A stretch of DNA of 64,000 bases, from the IMG/VR virus record IMGVR_UViG_3300050500_000423, positions 1 through 64,000 of that record; one strand, 5' to 3'. The translations under genes were made by a program, and so were the position numbers. Below, in pieces: positions 37,618-46,934 of this stretch. Source of the DNA: a virus (lineage: Duplodnaviria > Caudoviricetes). The notes beneath the pieces are model-generated. The model saw only the letters and a list, made by a program, of their open reading frames with translations. It did not search any database and was not told the origin of the DNA. How positions within the stretch are numbered: position 1 is the first letter of the stretch; each line of letters starts with the position of its first letter.

Positions 37618-38375
37618 CCCTCGTTCCTGCGGTCACCGAGAACCAGCCGAAGCCCGCGCTCGTCGCTGCGGGTGTCGTCTCGATGCTCACTCGGTCGTCG
37701 GCGTGTCCTTCGGAGTTGATCGGGGGACGACTCATCCTCCACGCGGGGGAGGCGGAGCCGGTCCTGACGGACTTGCGCGTATGGCTGCCTCTCGACCGCG
37801 CTCGGCGTGCCGTCGAGCCGTGCGCCCGATGCGGGCACGGCGACGGCTCGCATGTGTGCCACTTCAACTCGACACGCTGCGTCGTCTGTGGGTGCAACGG
37901 CTACGAGCTGCCGCCGCTTCCCCGTGGTGCGGTGGTGGCGTCCTGCGTCGTGAGCGAGTGTCTGCCGATCATCGACGCGACCGCGTGGAGTGAAGGCGAA
38001 GGCGACGTGCTCGGTGGTGGCGTTCACTGGCCGCCCGACCGCCGCTCGGTGTGCTCGACCGGCGCGCTGCGTGACCTGCACAACCCGTGGGTGATCGCGG
38101 TCGGAGGCGGGCGCGAGAAGGTCGAGTACCACGAGGGCGCGTTCGGGGACTTCTCGCCTGGGAACTTCGCCTGGATTCTGTCGAGCGTGGAGCCGACGTC
38201 TCGTCGATGCCCCCACTGCTGGGGCGAGGGGTTCGTGATCGACCCGCTCTCGACGATCAGCGAGCCGTCGCAGGTGGGGTGCCCGACCTGTCACACGCGG
38301 AAGTCGTGCCCGCCCGTGCCGATGCGGGGCCACTCCGGTCTCTGGTATCCGAAGTGGGAGGACGACCGTGCCTGA
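37614..38375 (+). CDS. ASCH-like domain protein with two zinc-finger insertions
   Basis: LILHAG, LPRGAVVA, AFGDFSPGNFAWIL, PVPMRGHSGLW; N-terminal QPW/ETRSW signature degenerate. Confidence 0.58.
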   Translation: MTLVPAVTENQPKPALVAAGVVSMLTRSSACPSELIGGRLILHAGEAEPVLTDLRVWLPLDRARRAVEPCARCGHGDGSHVCHFNSTRCVVCGCNGYELPPLPRGAVVASCVVSECLPIIDATAWSEGEGDVLGGGVHWPPDRRSVCSTGALRDLHNPWVIAVGGGREKVEYHEGAFGDFSPGNFAWILSSVEPTSRRCPHCWGEGFVIDPLSTISEPSQVGCPTCHTRKSCPPVPMRGHSGLWYPKWEDDRA

Positions 38376-38577
38376 GCCCCCCGACCGCCAGGAATGGGAG
38401 TACCGCGCCGTCTATGCGGACGGAGTGCCTGCCGCCATCATCCAGTGCAGCACCAATCGCAAGTACGTCGAGAACCACATGGCTCGGCTGGTCGGAACCA
38501 CGATGGCGGCGGAGCACGGCCCGTTGCGAATGCAGCGTCGCATCATCCCTCAGTGGGAGAACGTTCCTGATGCCTGA
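38368..38577 (+). CDS. hypothetical protein
   Basis: In-operon ORF. Confidence 0.48.
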   Translation: MPEPPDRQEWEYRAVYADGVPAAIIQCSTNRKYVENHMARLVGTTMAAEHGPLRMQRRIIPQWENVPDA

Positions 38578-39085
38578 GCACCCCGACAGAGAAGCCATCG
38601 CTGCGCGTGCAGAAGCCGCGACATCAGGGCCGTGGGTCGATGGCGAGATGCCCGACTGGGATTCGGAATCGGTGGTCAGCGCGACTGCTACGGAGCGTTG
38701 GACCGACACCGACGGTGCTGTGTACGAGACACCGTGCCAGATCCTCGATCCGCCGAACCCGGCTCCGTCACCGGCCGACCGTGAGTTCATTATGCACGCT
38801 CGCACCGACGTTCCCGCGCTGCTCGACGCGTTGGGAGCCGCGGAGGCCGAGAACGAGAGATTGCGGCGCGCGCTAGTCGATGCCCTTGACCCCGAGGAAG
38901 AGGTCACCAGCGAGGCGGCGCTTCGCCGAGAACGCGACGAGGCAGCGGAACTGCTACGCCAGAACGTCAAGTTGCTCCGTACGACGTACGCGTGCAAGAG
39001 CGACTTCGCGTATGAAGCGCAGATGGTCGTACTCGCAGACGAAGCCTTCCTCGCGGCTCTGACCCCGACGGGAGACGAGTCGTGA
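38570..39085 (+). CDS. Ead/Ea22-like phage protein
   Basis: AEAATSGPW...ADREFIMHARTDVPALLDAL...ENERLR. Confidence 0.6.
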   Translation: MPEHPDREAIAARAEAATSGPWVDGEMPDWDSESVVSATATERWTDTDGAVYETPCQILDPPNPAPSPADREFIMHARTDVPALLDALGAAEAENERLRRALVDALDPEEEVTSEAALRRERDEAAELLRQNVKLLRTTYACKSDFAYEAQMVVLADEAFLAALTPTGDES

Positions 39086-39128
39086 TCTGGTATCCCACCG
39101 AGAAGGACTGGACGCCAGAGGACGCGGC

Positions 39129-39905
39129 GTGAAGGCGTCTGAGGTCATCGACGTGCTCTGCGGGCACTGGCCGGCGGGAGAGTCGCTCTGTATCCCGGAG
39201 GCGCCGCAGGACGTGATGCGGATGGGTCGGAAGATCGACCTCCTCGTCTGCTCGTTCTGGCGGTCGCGCGGGTACGCCCTCGACGCCGTCGAGGTGAAGG
39301 TCTCGCACTCCGACTGGATGCGCGAGGTCAACAACCCGGAGAAGGCGGACTTCTGGTACGAGCACTCCGACCGCTTCTGGGTCGCGGTGCCGTCCGAACT
39401 CACGGCCCGGGTGCGGGATACCCTTCCGCCGACGTGGGGGCTGCTCGGGATCTCGGGCGGTCGCGCGTCGGAAGTCGTGAAGGCACCGAAGCACGACCGG
39501 ACGCCGCTCACGTGGGGGACAACGCTCGGGATCATCCGCGCGTCGTCCGGCGCCGGGGCGAACGCGGTACAGCGCGCCTACGAGCGGGGTCGGCAGGAAG
39601 GGCACCGGTCGGCGGAGGCGAGCGCGCGAGGATCGACGCAGTACGAGGCGCTCCGCAGTCGCGTCGAGAGCTTCGAGAAGGCGTCGGGTCTCGACCTCGC
39701 GAACTGGCGGGCGGACTTCCGCGGCCAGGACCCCGAGCAACTCGGGGACGCCGTGAAGCGGCTCCTCGAGGTTGAGCACGAAGTCGAGCGTGCGGAGCGC
39801 CGGCTTCGGGATATCACGGACTCGCTCGCTGCCGCGCATCGACGCGCCGCGGCGCTACTCGCAATCCGAGAGGGGGAGAAGGATGCCGGGCGCACCGAGG
39901 GGTGA
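39129..39905 (+). CDS. MmcB-like PD-(D/E)xK nuclease
   Basis: RKIDLL...AVEVKVSHSDW..E...PEKA...DRFWVAVP. Confidence 0.6.
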   Translation: MKASEVIDVLCGHWPAGESLCIPEAPQDVMRMGRKIDLLVCSFWRSRGYALDAVEVKVSHSDWMREVNNPEKADFWYEHSDRFWVAVPSELTARVRDTLPPTWGLLGISGGRASEVVKAPKHDRTPLTWGTTLGIIRASSGAGANAVQRAYERGRQEGHRSAEASARGSTQYEALRSRVESFEKASGLDLANWRADFRGQDPEQLGDAVKRLLEVEHEVERAERRLRDITDSLAAAHRRAAALLAIREGEKDAGRTEG

Positions 39906-40215
39906 GCGATGCCGGGTGTTCCGTTGCGGGACGCCGGCGACGCTCGATGTTCTGTTCCCCGGCGGCGATGTCGCCCCGCAGTGGTGGTCGCCGCTTGAAG
40001 AGGACGATGTGGTCGGGCATCGGACGCGTGTCTGCGCCGCGCACGGGGCGGAACTCGGGTCCGTGTCGATCGCGTTCGTTGAGCTCGATGTCGAGAAGTG
40101 CGCGGGCTGGCAACTCGTCGTCGAGTTCGTGAAGGACCCAGAGAAGTCGAACCCGATCGTGCTGTACCCGCCTGGGACGCGCGACCTAGTCGAAGGAGAG
40201 GAACACGGTGGGTAA
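39883..40215 (+). CDS. hypothetical protein
   Basis: RBS then ATG; C...C...C..H. Confidence 0.48.
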   Translation: MPGAPRGERCRVFRCGTPATLDVLFPGGDVAPQWWSPLEEDDVVGHRTRVCAAHGAELGSVSIAFVELDVEKCAGWQLVVEFVKDPEKSNPIVLYPPGTRDLVEGEEHGG

Positions 40216-40630
40216 CTGGCGGACGGTCCATATCGCGGGGCACTGCAATGCCGACGAGGCCGAGGTACTCCGCGAGTACGTCAACGACCTGCAACAGTGG
40301 GGTCCGTTGCACAACGGCGGTATCTGCGGGCTGCATGAGTGGCCGGCCGAGGTGATCGACGTGACCGGGAACCTCGGGGAACGTGGCTACTCCGTCGAGG
40401 ATGTCGCGGCGACGCTCCGGAAGCTCATCGAGATCGCTCCGTCGCTTCGGGTGCGGATCGACTGCGGCGCCGATGACGAGTCCCTCGACTGCGTCGCGAC
40501 GATCGTCACGGACGAGGACGGCACGGTCGGGGTGCTCCCGCCCGCGGTCGAGACGCTCCCGGCTATCAGCGAGGGGCACATGGCGGCCGGGTTCTTCGAC
40601 CAGCTCGCGAACCCGAGGTACCGTCGATGA
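40208..40630 (+). CDS. hypothetical protein
   Basis: In-operon ORF. Confidence 0.58.
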   Translation: MGNWRTVHIAGHCNADEAEVLREYVNDLQQWGPLHNGGICGLHEWPAEVIDVTGNLGERGYSVEDVAATLRKLIEIAPSLRVRIDCGADDESLDCVATIVTDEDGTVGVLPPAVETLPAISEGHMAAGFFDQLANPRYRR

Positions 40631-40959
40631 CGGCGGCGTGGTCGGCGGCCGCCGATGAACTCCTCGAGGTGTTCGTCGGCGCGACGGAGGATCTCCCCGA
40701 CGACGCCGAGACGGGCATCGTCGCGATCCTGAACCATCCCGACGTGATCCTCGCGGCGCTCGGCGTCGATCGGCTGCTCCTTGAGCTGCGGGACCTCGTC
40801 TACGACGTGTCGAGCGAGGTGCCCGTCGTCGCGCGCGTGAACTCGATCGGGTGGACCCGTCGGCTGACGGCCGCGCTCGGGGTCCTTCGTGAGCTCGGCT
40901 ACGAGGACGACTCGCACCCGTACCGACCGATCGACGATCCCCGTCCTTTCGTCCGATGA
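40627..40959 (+). CDS. hypothetical protein
   Basis: ATGA overlap. Confidence 0.52.
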   Translation: MTAAWSAAADELLEVFVGATEDLPDDAETGIVAILNHPDVILAALGVDRLLLELRDLVYDVSSEVPVVARVNSIGWTRRLTAALGVLRELGYEDDSHPYRPIDDPRPFVR

Positions 40960-41270
40960 GTTACGCCCGGTTCGCTCGGGACTCGTCGGTGTACGTGTTC
41001 CTGAACACGGAGGGCCGGCTTGAGTGCTGCGGCTGCAACCTCCGATCCGATGACGAGGTCAAGGCGCGCGGCCATGCGACGCTTCGTCGGACCACGGTTG
41101 AGATGGTCGAGCATCTCGACGCGCACCGCGCCGCGGGCCAGAAGGTCCCGAAGCGGACGTACGCCGCCCTCCGTGCCGACGCGGAGGAGAACGACCAGTG
41201 GATACGCGACTACGACGAGCGCGCCGGAGGTCTCCGCGCGGAGACTCCGGTGGAGTCGGGCGACGGGTAG
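40956..41270 (+). CDS. hypothetical phage protein
   Basis: MSYARFARDSSVYVF...LECCGC...HLDAHRAAG. Confidence 0.6.
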   Translation: MSYARFARDSSVYVFLNTEGRLECCGCNLRSDDEVKARGHATLRRTTVEMVEHLDAHRAAGQKVPKRTYAALRADAEENDQWIRDYDERAGGLRAETPVESGDG

Positions 41271-41369
41271 GGTCTCGTCTACCGGTCCTCCCCGGGTACA
41301 TCGAGGACGCCTGTTCTTCTCCCGGTTGTCGGGTGAGGGACAGGCGTTTCTCGTTGGCGGGGAGGGGGT

Positions 41370-41657
41370 CTATGCGAGGGCTTCCTCGACGTGGTCGCGG
41401 ACCGCGGCGGCGACGCTCTCGGGGGTGGCGTGTCCGTCGGAGAAGTCGCGGGTGCCGACGCGTTGGACTCGGTAGGTGTTGTCTGCGGGGTCGACCGTCG
41501 CGAGGATGACGACCTCGCGACGGTCCTCGGTGGCGGCTTCGACGCGGATCACTCCGACGGTTTCGTCGGAGCGGACGTGGAGTTCCCAGACGTTCGGGAG
41601 GTCCTCGACTTGGTCGAAGGTCTCTGCTGCGACTTCTCGGATCGTGTGCTCACCCAT
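41370..41657 (-). CDS. hypothetical protein behind promoter copy 5
   Basis: Same TGGAGGGCGAGATG translation start context as the DUF3560 gene. Confidence 0.58.
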   Translation of the reverse strand: MGEHTIREVAAETFDQVEDLPNVWELHVRSDETVGVIRVEAATEDRREVVILATVDPADNTYRVQRVGTRDFSDGHATPESVAAAVRDHVEEALA

Positions 41658-41683
41658 CTCGCCCTCCATCACTCACCCGCCGC

Positions 41684-41704
41684 ACTGGATACGCCAACTA
41701 TACA
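41684..41704 (-). promoter_or_regulatory. Repeated promoter motif, copy 5
   Basis: TGTATAGTTGGCGTATCCAGT, identical to copies 1 and 2. Confidence 0.7.
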
Positions 41705-41773
41705 CCCGATGGTGGCGGGGGGTAGACCCCGCGGCGTACTCTCCCAGGTACTCGATCGAGAGGACCCCTGCCG

Positions 41774-42496
41774 ATGCCCCGCCCTGCTGCTCCCCCCAGA
41801 ACCGGCCCCCGTGCCCTCACCGACGAACGCCGCAAACTTCTCCTCGACAGCCTCGCCGCAGGCGACAGCATCAAAGCAGCAGCCGAAACCGCCCACCTCG
41901 GAGAACGCACCGTCCAGCGATACCTCACCCGAGGCGACACCGCACAAGCCACCCTCGACACCCACATCGACAACCTCACCGACACCCGACGAACCATCCT
42001 CGACCGATGGGACGACACCCGACGCGACCGCTACTACGAACACCACATCCCCCCCACCGAACGCGCGTATTGGCGTTTGTGGCGTGATGCCACTCGGGCG
42101 CGGGCGCGAGCGGAGACGCTTGCTCTGGCTCGTATTCGGGCGGCGGGTGCGGGTGGGGGCGTGTCGTGGAAAGAGGTCCTGAATCCCAAGACGGGGGAGA
42201 AGGTCCGGTTGGAGCAGTCGATCGACCCGGATTGGCGGGCGGAGGCGTGGTTCTTGCAGCACGGGCATGCTCGGGAGCGGTGGTATCGCCGGCCGACGGC
42301 GGTGGAGCTCACGGGGGCGGATGGCGGTCCGATCGCGTTGGCGGGGGTGGATGAGGCGCGGGATCGGGCGGCGGTTGCGCTGTCGAAGTTCGAGCAGCGT
42401 CGGAATCAGGCGTTGGAGGCGGAGCGGCAGGCTGCGGCGGAAGCGGACAGCGCGGGCGACGCTCTCCGGACGGGTTCCGATCCCGGAGGGGTCTAA
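41774..42496 (+). CDS. Terminase small subunit-like HTH protein
   Basis: N-terminal HTH (LLDSLAAGDSIKAAAETAHLGERTVQRYL), DWRAEAWFL, VELTGADGGPI; strong strand-composition switch mid-gene. Confidence 0.62.
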   Translation: MPRPAAPPRTGPRALTDERRKLLLDSLAAGDSIKAAAETAHLGERTVQRYLTRGDTAQATLDTHIDNLTDTRRTILDRWDDTRRDRYYEHHIPPTERAYWRLWRDATRARARAETLALARIRAAGAGGGVSWKEVLNPKTGEKVRLEQSIDPDWRAEAWFLQHGHARERWYRRPTAVELTGADGGPIALAGVDEARDRAAVALSKFEQRRNQALEAERQAAAEADSAGDALRTGSDPGGV

Positions 42497-42924
42497 CCCG
42501 GAGGCTTCATGGGGAATCCGGCCGAACTTCCTCGGAGGCCGTGGATTCCTCGCCGGGCGAGCGCGTGTCGCGGGTCTCTGCCGTGAGCGGCGCACGGGTG
42601 AGGCGGCAGTAGGCGTGTAGGGGAGCGTCACCGGACTGGCGGGCGGGGGAACTCGCCGGGGGAGCTGTCGTCTGGAATCGTCTCGTGGAATCCGAGTTTC
42701 TGGGAGCCGCTCCGGAAAACGGGTTTCGCGGAACGGGTTTCGCGGAGGGCACCCTGCGTCCCTACTGCTAGCTCACGTCACTGGAGGCTTCATGCGGAAT
42801 CTGGAGTTTCGGTCGCCCCGCCGCGAAATTTCGCGGTGGGAGGGCGAAACCGCGTGAGATGGCGTGATGGTCAAGCGTCGATGTCCTCGACGGGGTTAGA
42901 CCCCGCGGTCTAGGGTTAGACCCC
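42488..42924. repeat. Repeat-rich non-coding region after terS
   Basis: Direct repeats GGAGGCTTCATG.GGAATC.GG (42499, 42783); tandem AACGGGTTTCGCGGA; GGGTTAGACCCC x2 with an inverted copy at 42488. Confidence 0.65.
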
Positions 42925-42940
42925 GATCGAGGAGGTTGCT

Positions 42941-44098
42941 GTGGGTCCGGAGAAGGTCACGGATCGGTTGCTCGTCTGGGGTGCCGATCAGATGGAGTCG
43001 GGGACGCTCGAGCAGGCGGCGCGCGCGTCGCGGCTCCCATTCGTCGCCGGTCACGTTGCGTTGATGCCCGACGCGCACGTCGGGAAGGGAGCGACGGTCG
43101 GGTCGGTGCTCCCGACTGTCGGCGCGGTGATCCCCGCGGCGGTCGGCGTCGACATCGGCTGCGGGATGGTCGCGGTCGAGATGTCCGCGACGGCGTCGCA
43201 ACTCCCGGACGACCTCGGCGCGGTCCTCCAGGCGATCGAGGCGGTCGTCCCCGCAGGTGTCGGCCGCGGTCACGACCATGTCGGGTCCACAGCCCGAGCT
43301 TGGCTTGCTGGCCGGCCGAACACGTTGACGGCACGGCAGGAAGCGACGGCGCTCGCACAGTTCGGGACTCTCGGTTCCGGGAACCACTTCCTCGAGGTCT
43401 GCCTCGATGAACGCGACCGAGTCTGGCTGGTTCTCCACTCGGGGTCGCGAGGGATCGGGAACCAACTCGCGTCGGCGCATATCGAACGGGCACAGAAGCT
43501 CGCCTCCCGCTGGTTCCTTGACCTCGAGGACCCGGACCTCGCGTACCTTCCGGAAGGCACTCCCGAGTTCGACGCGTACATCGAGGCGATGCTCTGGTCG
43601 CAGGACTACGCGTACGCGAACCGGCAGTACATGGCGACGGAGGCGATCCGGGTCCTCGCGGCCGTGATGCCCTTCCAAGTGATCCGCTCCGTGAACTGCC
43701 ATCACAACTTCACGCAGCGGGAGCATCATCACCACCGCGATATCTGGGTCACGCGGAAGGGCGCGATCCGGGCACGGACCGGCGACGAAGGCGTCATCCC
43801 CGGGTCGATGGGGACGAGCTCGTACATCGTGCGAGGTCTCGGAAGCTCAGCGTCGTTCTGTTCCTGCTCGCACGGCGCAGGCCGGCGGATGTCCCGCGGT
43901 GTCGCCCGACGGACGTTCACCGCGGACGACCTCGCGGACCGGATGGGCGACCGGGTGTGGAACGCCAACCAGGCGGAGCGACTCATCGACGAGATCCCCG
44001 ACTCGTACAAGGACATCGACGCGGTCATGGCCGCTCAAGCGGACCTCGTCACGATCGAGCACACCTTGCGCCAGGTCCTGAACTACAAGGGCGCCTGA
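42941..44098 (+). CDS. rtcB: RNA ligase RtcB
   Basis: MPDAHVGKG, VGVDIGCG, LGSGNHF, LHSGSRG, HHN, RKGA, PGSMG, SHGAGR, DEIPDSYK. Confidence 0.96.
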   Translation: MGPEKVTDRLLVWGADQMESGTLEQAARASRLPFVAGHVALMPDAHVGKGATVGSVLPTVGAVIPAAVGVDIGCGMVAVEMSATASQLPDDLGAVLQAIEAVVPAGVGRGHDHVGSTARAWLAGRPNTLTARQEATALAQFGTLGSGNHFLEVCLDERDRVWLVLHSGSRGIGNQLASAHIERAQKLASRWFLDLEDPDLAYLPEGTPEFDAYIEAMLWSQDYAYANRQYMATEAIRVLAAVMPFQVIRSVNCHHNFTQREHHHHRDIWVTRKGAIRARTGDEGVIPGSMGTSSYIVRGLGSSASFCSCSHGAGRRMSRGVARRTFTADDLADRMGDRVWNANQAERLIDEIPDSYKDIDAVMAAQADLVTIEHTLRQVLNYKGA

Positions 44099-44100
44099 TC

Positions 44101-44520
44101 GTGGCTGGCGCTCTTCTCTGGACGTACAGCTACGGGTGGCTGTCCGTCACGGCGTGTGACACAGTCGAGACCGCGATCGAGGAAGCCGAGCGCGGGTCAG
44201 ACGCCGGCGAGCATGCCGTGTACGCGATCGAGGAAGAGACCCCCGACGGGAACCACCTCATCAACGAGGAACATCCCGCGTGGGTCGCGTACCAGGCCGC
44301 GGAGCGGGAACGGCAACGAGCGGAGACGGAACGAATCGCGGCGCACCTTGCCCGTCAGGTCGGCAGCGTCGAAGTCAGCGCACCGACCGGCGTCGGCGCT
44401 ACACCCGCGTTGGAGTGGGTGAGTGTCGCTGCTCCGACATCGCAGGCCGACCTCGACGATGCGGTCGCGGTCTGGACCGAACGCGTCGGCGCTGACCGAG
44501 TCCGGGTCGTACCGACGTGA
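44101..44520 (+). CDS. hypothetical protein
   Basis: In-operon ORF. Confidence 0.55.
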   Translation: MAGALLWTYSYGWLSVTACDTVETAIEEAERGSDAGEHAVYAIEEETPDGNHLINEEHPAWVAYQAAERERQRAETERIAAHLARQVGSVEVSAPTGVGATPALEWVSVAAPTSQADLDDAVAVWTERVGADRVRVVPT

Positions 44521-44569
44521 CCTGCCTCACCGAACCGTCGCTACTGCCCGAACCCCGATCGGAGACCGA

Positions 44570-44701
44570 ATGAGCACGGACCAGGAACGCCGGGACTACT
44601 TCTCGGCCCGACAGTTAGCTCTCCGGAACGGCAGCCCGAAGGGGAAGGCGGGTCGTCGTCGTCGACTGCGTCGGAAGCAGGAGACATGGAAGCGGAAGTA
44701 G
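44570..44701 (+). CDS. small basic protein
   Basis: MSTDQERRDYFSARQLALRNGSPKGKAGRRRRLRRKQETWKRK. Confidence 0.38.
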   Translation: MSTDQERRDYFSARQLALRNGSPKGKAGRRRRLRRKQETWKRK

Positions 44702-44997
44702 CTCGGCTGCTGATCAACGAACACGACCGTGCCGTCGACCACGGCATACCCCCGGGGGTAGCGGCGACGCGTGTCGTCGCGGAAGTCCGTCGGATCGCGG
44801 AGGGACCGCCGTCCGAACGGGTCGAGGCGTTCGCGGTCGCGTACGCCTGCTGGCGGCAGAGGATCGACCCTGCCGACTTGCCTCTCCCGGACTCGCATCT
44901 GCTGGCTGGCGTGTACCGAGCGGCGCTCGAGAACGGCCGTGACCTCGCCGCGTATGTCCTTCCGGTACTCGGTGAGCAGGGACCCGAGCGGGCGTGA
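44686..44997 (+). CDS. hypothetical protein
   Basis: RBS AGGAG. Confidence 0.52.
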   Translation: MEAEVARLLINEHDRAVDHGIPPGVAATRVVAEVRRIAEGPPSERVEAFAVAYACWRQRIDPADLPLPDSHLLAGVYRAALENGRDLAAYVLPVLGEQGPERA

Positions 44998-45281
44998 CGA
45001 CCGCGGACCGGCAGATGGTGCCGTTGCCACGCGCGCTGGTCGCCCGGTGGGACGAAGCACGGGGGACGCTGTCGCGTCCGGCGTTCCTCGAGGCACTGTT
45101 GGACGAGTACGACGGGAAACCCCCCGGCCCCGAGCGCGCCGCGCCGGCCGCGCCGGCGCGGGAGCCGGTACGGCAGGGTGGGGTCCGTCCGGGGTCCTGT
45201 CCGCATCCATCGTCTCGTCGGATCGGCGCGGGGTGTGGGATGTGCGGAGACACGACGGCGCACTCGAGCCGGCGGGGCTGA
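44994..45281 (+). CDS. Possible ribbon-helix-helix protein
   Basis: MVPLPRALVARWDEARGTLSRPAFLEALL; C-terminal C..H...CGMC. Confidence 0.42.
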   Translation: MTTADRQMVPLPRALVARWDEARGTLSRPAFLEALLDEYDGKPPGPERAAPAAPAREPVRQGGVRPGSCPHPSSRRIGAGCGMCGDTTAHSSRRG

Positions 45282-45303
45282 ACCGGAGAAGGGGGAGGGA
45301 CTG

Positions 45304-45939
45304 ATGGCGAAGCGACGGAGCCGTCGAGCACGACCGGCGGGGGGATCAGGTCTGGGTCTCCCGGTCGACTACGCGGGGTTACCGGCGATCGACCCGACCG
45401 CGAACGTCACCGCGCAACTCGACGCCGCCGTCGCTCGACTCGATGATCTCCGCGAAGCGTCCGAGCAACGCACGGCCGAGCTCGTCGCAGCGCATACCGA
45501 GATGGACCGCCAGACCGCTCGGCACATCATGGAGACCGCCGAGCTACGCGCCCGGTACGAGGAGATGCTCCGCACCGCGGAGCGAGACCGTATCGACGCG
45601 ATCCGCGCCCTGGACGTGAGCAACGTCGAGCGGGCGCAGGCGGTCTCGCAGGAGCAGGCGGCGACGCTCGCGACGCAGGTCGCGACGTCGGCGGAGGCGC
45701 TCCGTGCTCAGGTCGAAGCGACCAGGGTGCAGACAGCGATCGCGCTTGACGCGGCGTTGCAGCCGATCAAGTTCGATGTCTCGGACTTGCGTCGGGTGCA
45801 GTACGAGCAGCAGGGGCAACGCGCGGCCGTGACGGAGACGAAGTCGAACACGGCGTCACTCTGGGCGGTCCTGATCGGTGCTGGCGGGTTCCTGATCGGT
45901 CTCAGTGGCTTGGTGCTGGCTTTCACGAGAGGAGGGTGA
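45304..45939 (+). CDS. Coiled-coil protein with C-terminal TM helix
   Basis: IDPTANV...helical region...LWAVLIGAGGFLIGLSGLVLAF. Confidence 0.6.
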   Translation: MAKRRSRRARPAGGSGLGLPVDYAGLPAIDPTANVTAQLDAAVARLDDLREASEQRTAELVAAHTEMDRQTARHIMETAELRARYEEMLRTAERDRIDAIRALDVSNVERAQAVSQEQAATLATQVATSAEALRAQVEATRVQTAIALDAALQPIKFDVSDLRRVQYEQQGQRAAVTETKSNTASLWAVLIGAGGFLIGLSGLVLAFTRGG

Positions 45940-45940
45940 G

Positions 45941-46177
45941 GTGGGGACCGGCCGCTACGTCACCGCGGGAGGCGACGACCTCGAGATCGGAACCCGGTAC
46001 GCGGCACGGTTCGATGACTGCTGCGTCGGCGGGTCCTTCACCGCGACACTGACCGAGGTCCTCACGATCGTCGACGGCGACGACCTGGCGTATCCGGTCA
46101 CGCTCGTGTTCGACAATAGCGTCCGGCTGGACGAATGGAACGGCGTCCGGTTCGTACCGGCGCCCGAGGGAGGCTGA
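45941..46177 (+). CDS. hypothetical protein
   Basis: RBS GGAGG. Confidence 0.48.
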   Translation: MGTGRYVTAGGDDLEIGTRYAARFDDCCVGGSFTATLTEVLTIVDGDDLAYPVTLVFDNSVRLDEWNGVRFVPAPEGG

Positions 46178-46181
46178 TCGT

Positions 46182-46934
46182 ATGTTCGACCGGGTAGGCG
46201 ACGAGAAGGTCGTCACGAGACGGGTGCATCGCTGGTGGGGCGGCCGCCGTTGGAAGTGGGAGCTCTGGCGGACGGTCGAGGTCGACACCCGAGGGGGCGT
46301 CCTCACGACGACGGTCGCGAGCACGACAGTCCTCGTCGCGTCGGGGTGGGCGAGGACGAACGACCAGGCCGCAGCGCGCGGTCGAGAGGCGCTCGCGATC
46401 ACCGTCCCGATGCTCCGACCCGCGCCGACCGAGATCCCCGTCGAGGCACTCAACTTCCACGACGGGGAGACGGAGGCGCTCGTACGGCAGGCGATTGAGG
46501 CGTTCCGCCTCACCCGTGAGTACGTCGAGCCGAAGGTGCGGCTCTCGGCGGTCGAGGGCTGGTCGTGGTTCGACGCCGTCGTCGCGCTCCGCCGGTACCT
46601 CTTCGACCGCGGCTACGTCGACGACCTGTCGGAGGTGTGGGCCCCGACGAACGAGGACGCGGCTCCCGACCCAAGCGAGGTCGTCGACGCCATCATCGTG
46701 GAGGACGACACCGAGTACCTCCGCCTCCTCGAGGAGCGGGTGAACCGGACCGTCGAGCGCATCGAACGCGAGCAGGAACGCATCCAGACGATGGACGACT
46801 TCGAGCCGGCCGGCCGCTGGCAGTTCCGGCGCCGCTGGTGGCTCGACGGCATCCGCACGGCGCGCGCCGTCGAGGAAGTCAAGCTCGAGTCGATCCTGCA
46901 CTACCTCGTCTGCGCGCAGTGCGGGAACCGATGA
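46182..46934 (+). CDS. hypothetical protein
   Basis: RBS GGAGG; long ORF with normal codon style. Confidence 0.58.
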   Translation: MFDRVGDEKVVTRRVHRWWGGRRWKWELWRTVEVDTRGGVLTTTVASTTVLVASGWARTNDQAAARGREALAITVPMLRPAPTEIPVEALNFHDGETEALVRQAIEAFRLTREYVEPKVRLSAVEGWSWFDAVVALRRYLFDRGYVDDLSEVWAPTNEDAAPDPSEVVDAIIVEDDTEYLRLLEERVNRTVERIEREQERIQTMDDFEPAGRWQFRRRWWLDGIRTARAVEEVKLESILHYLVCAQCGNR

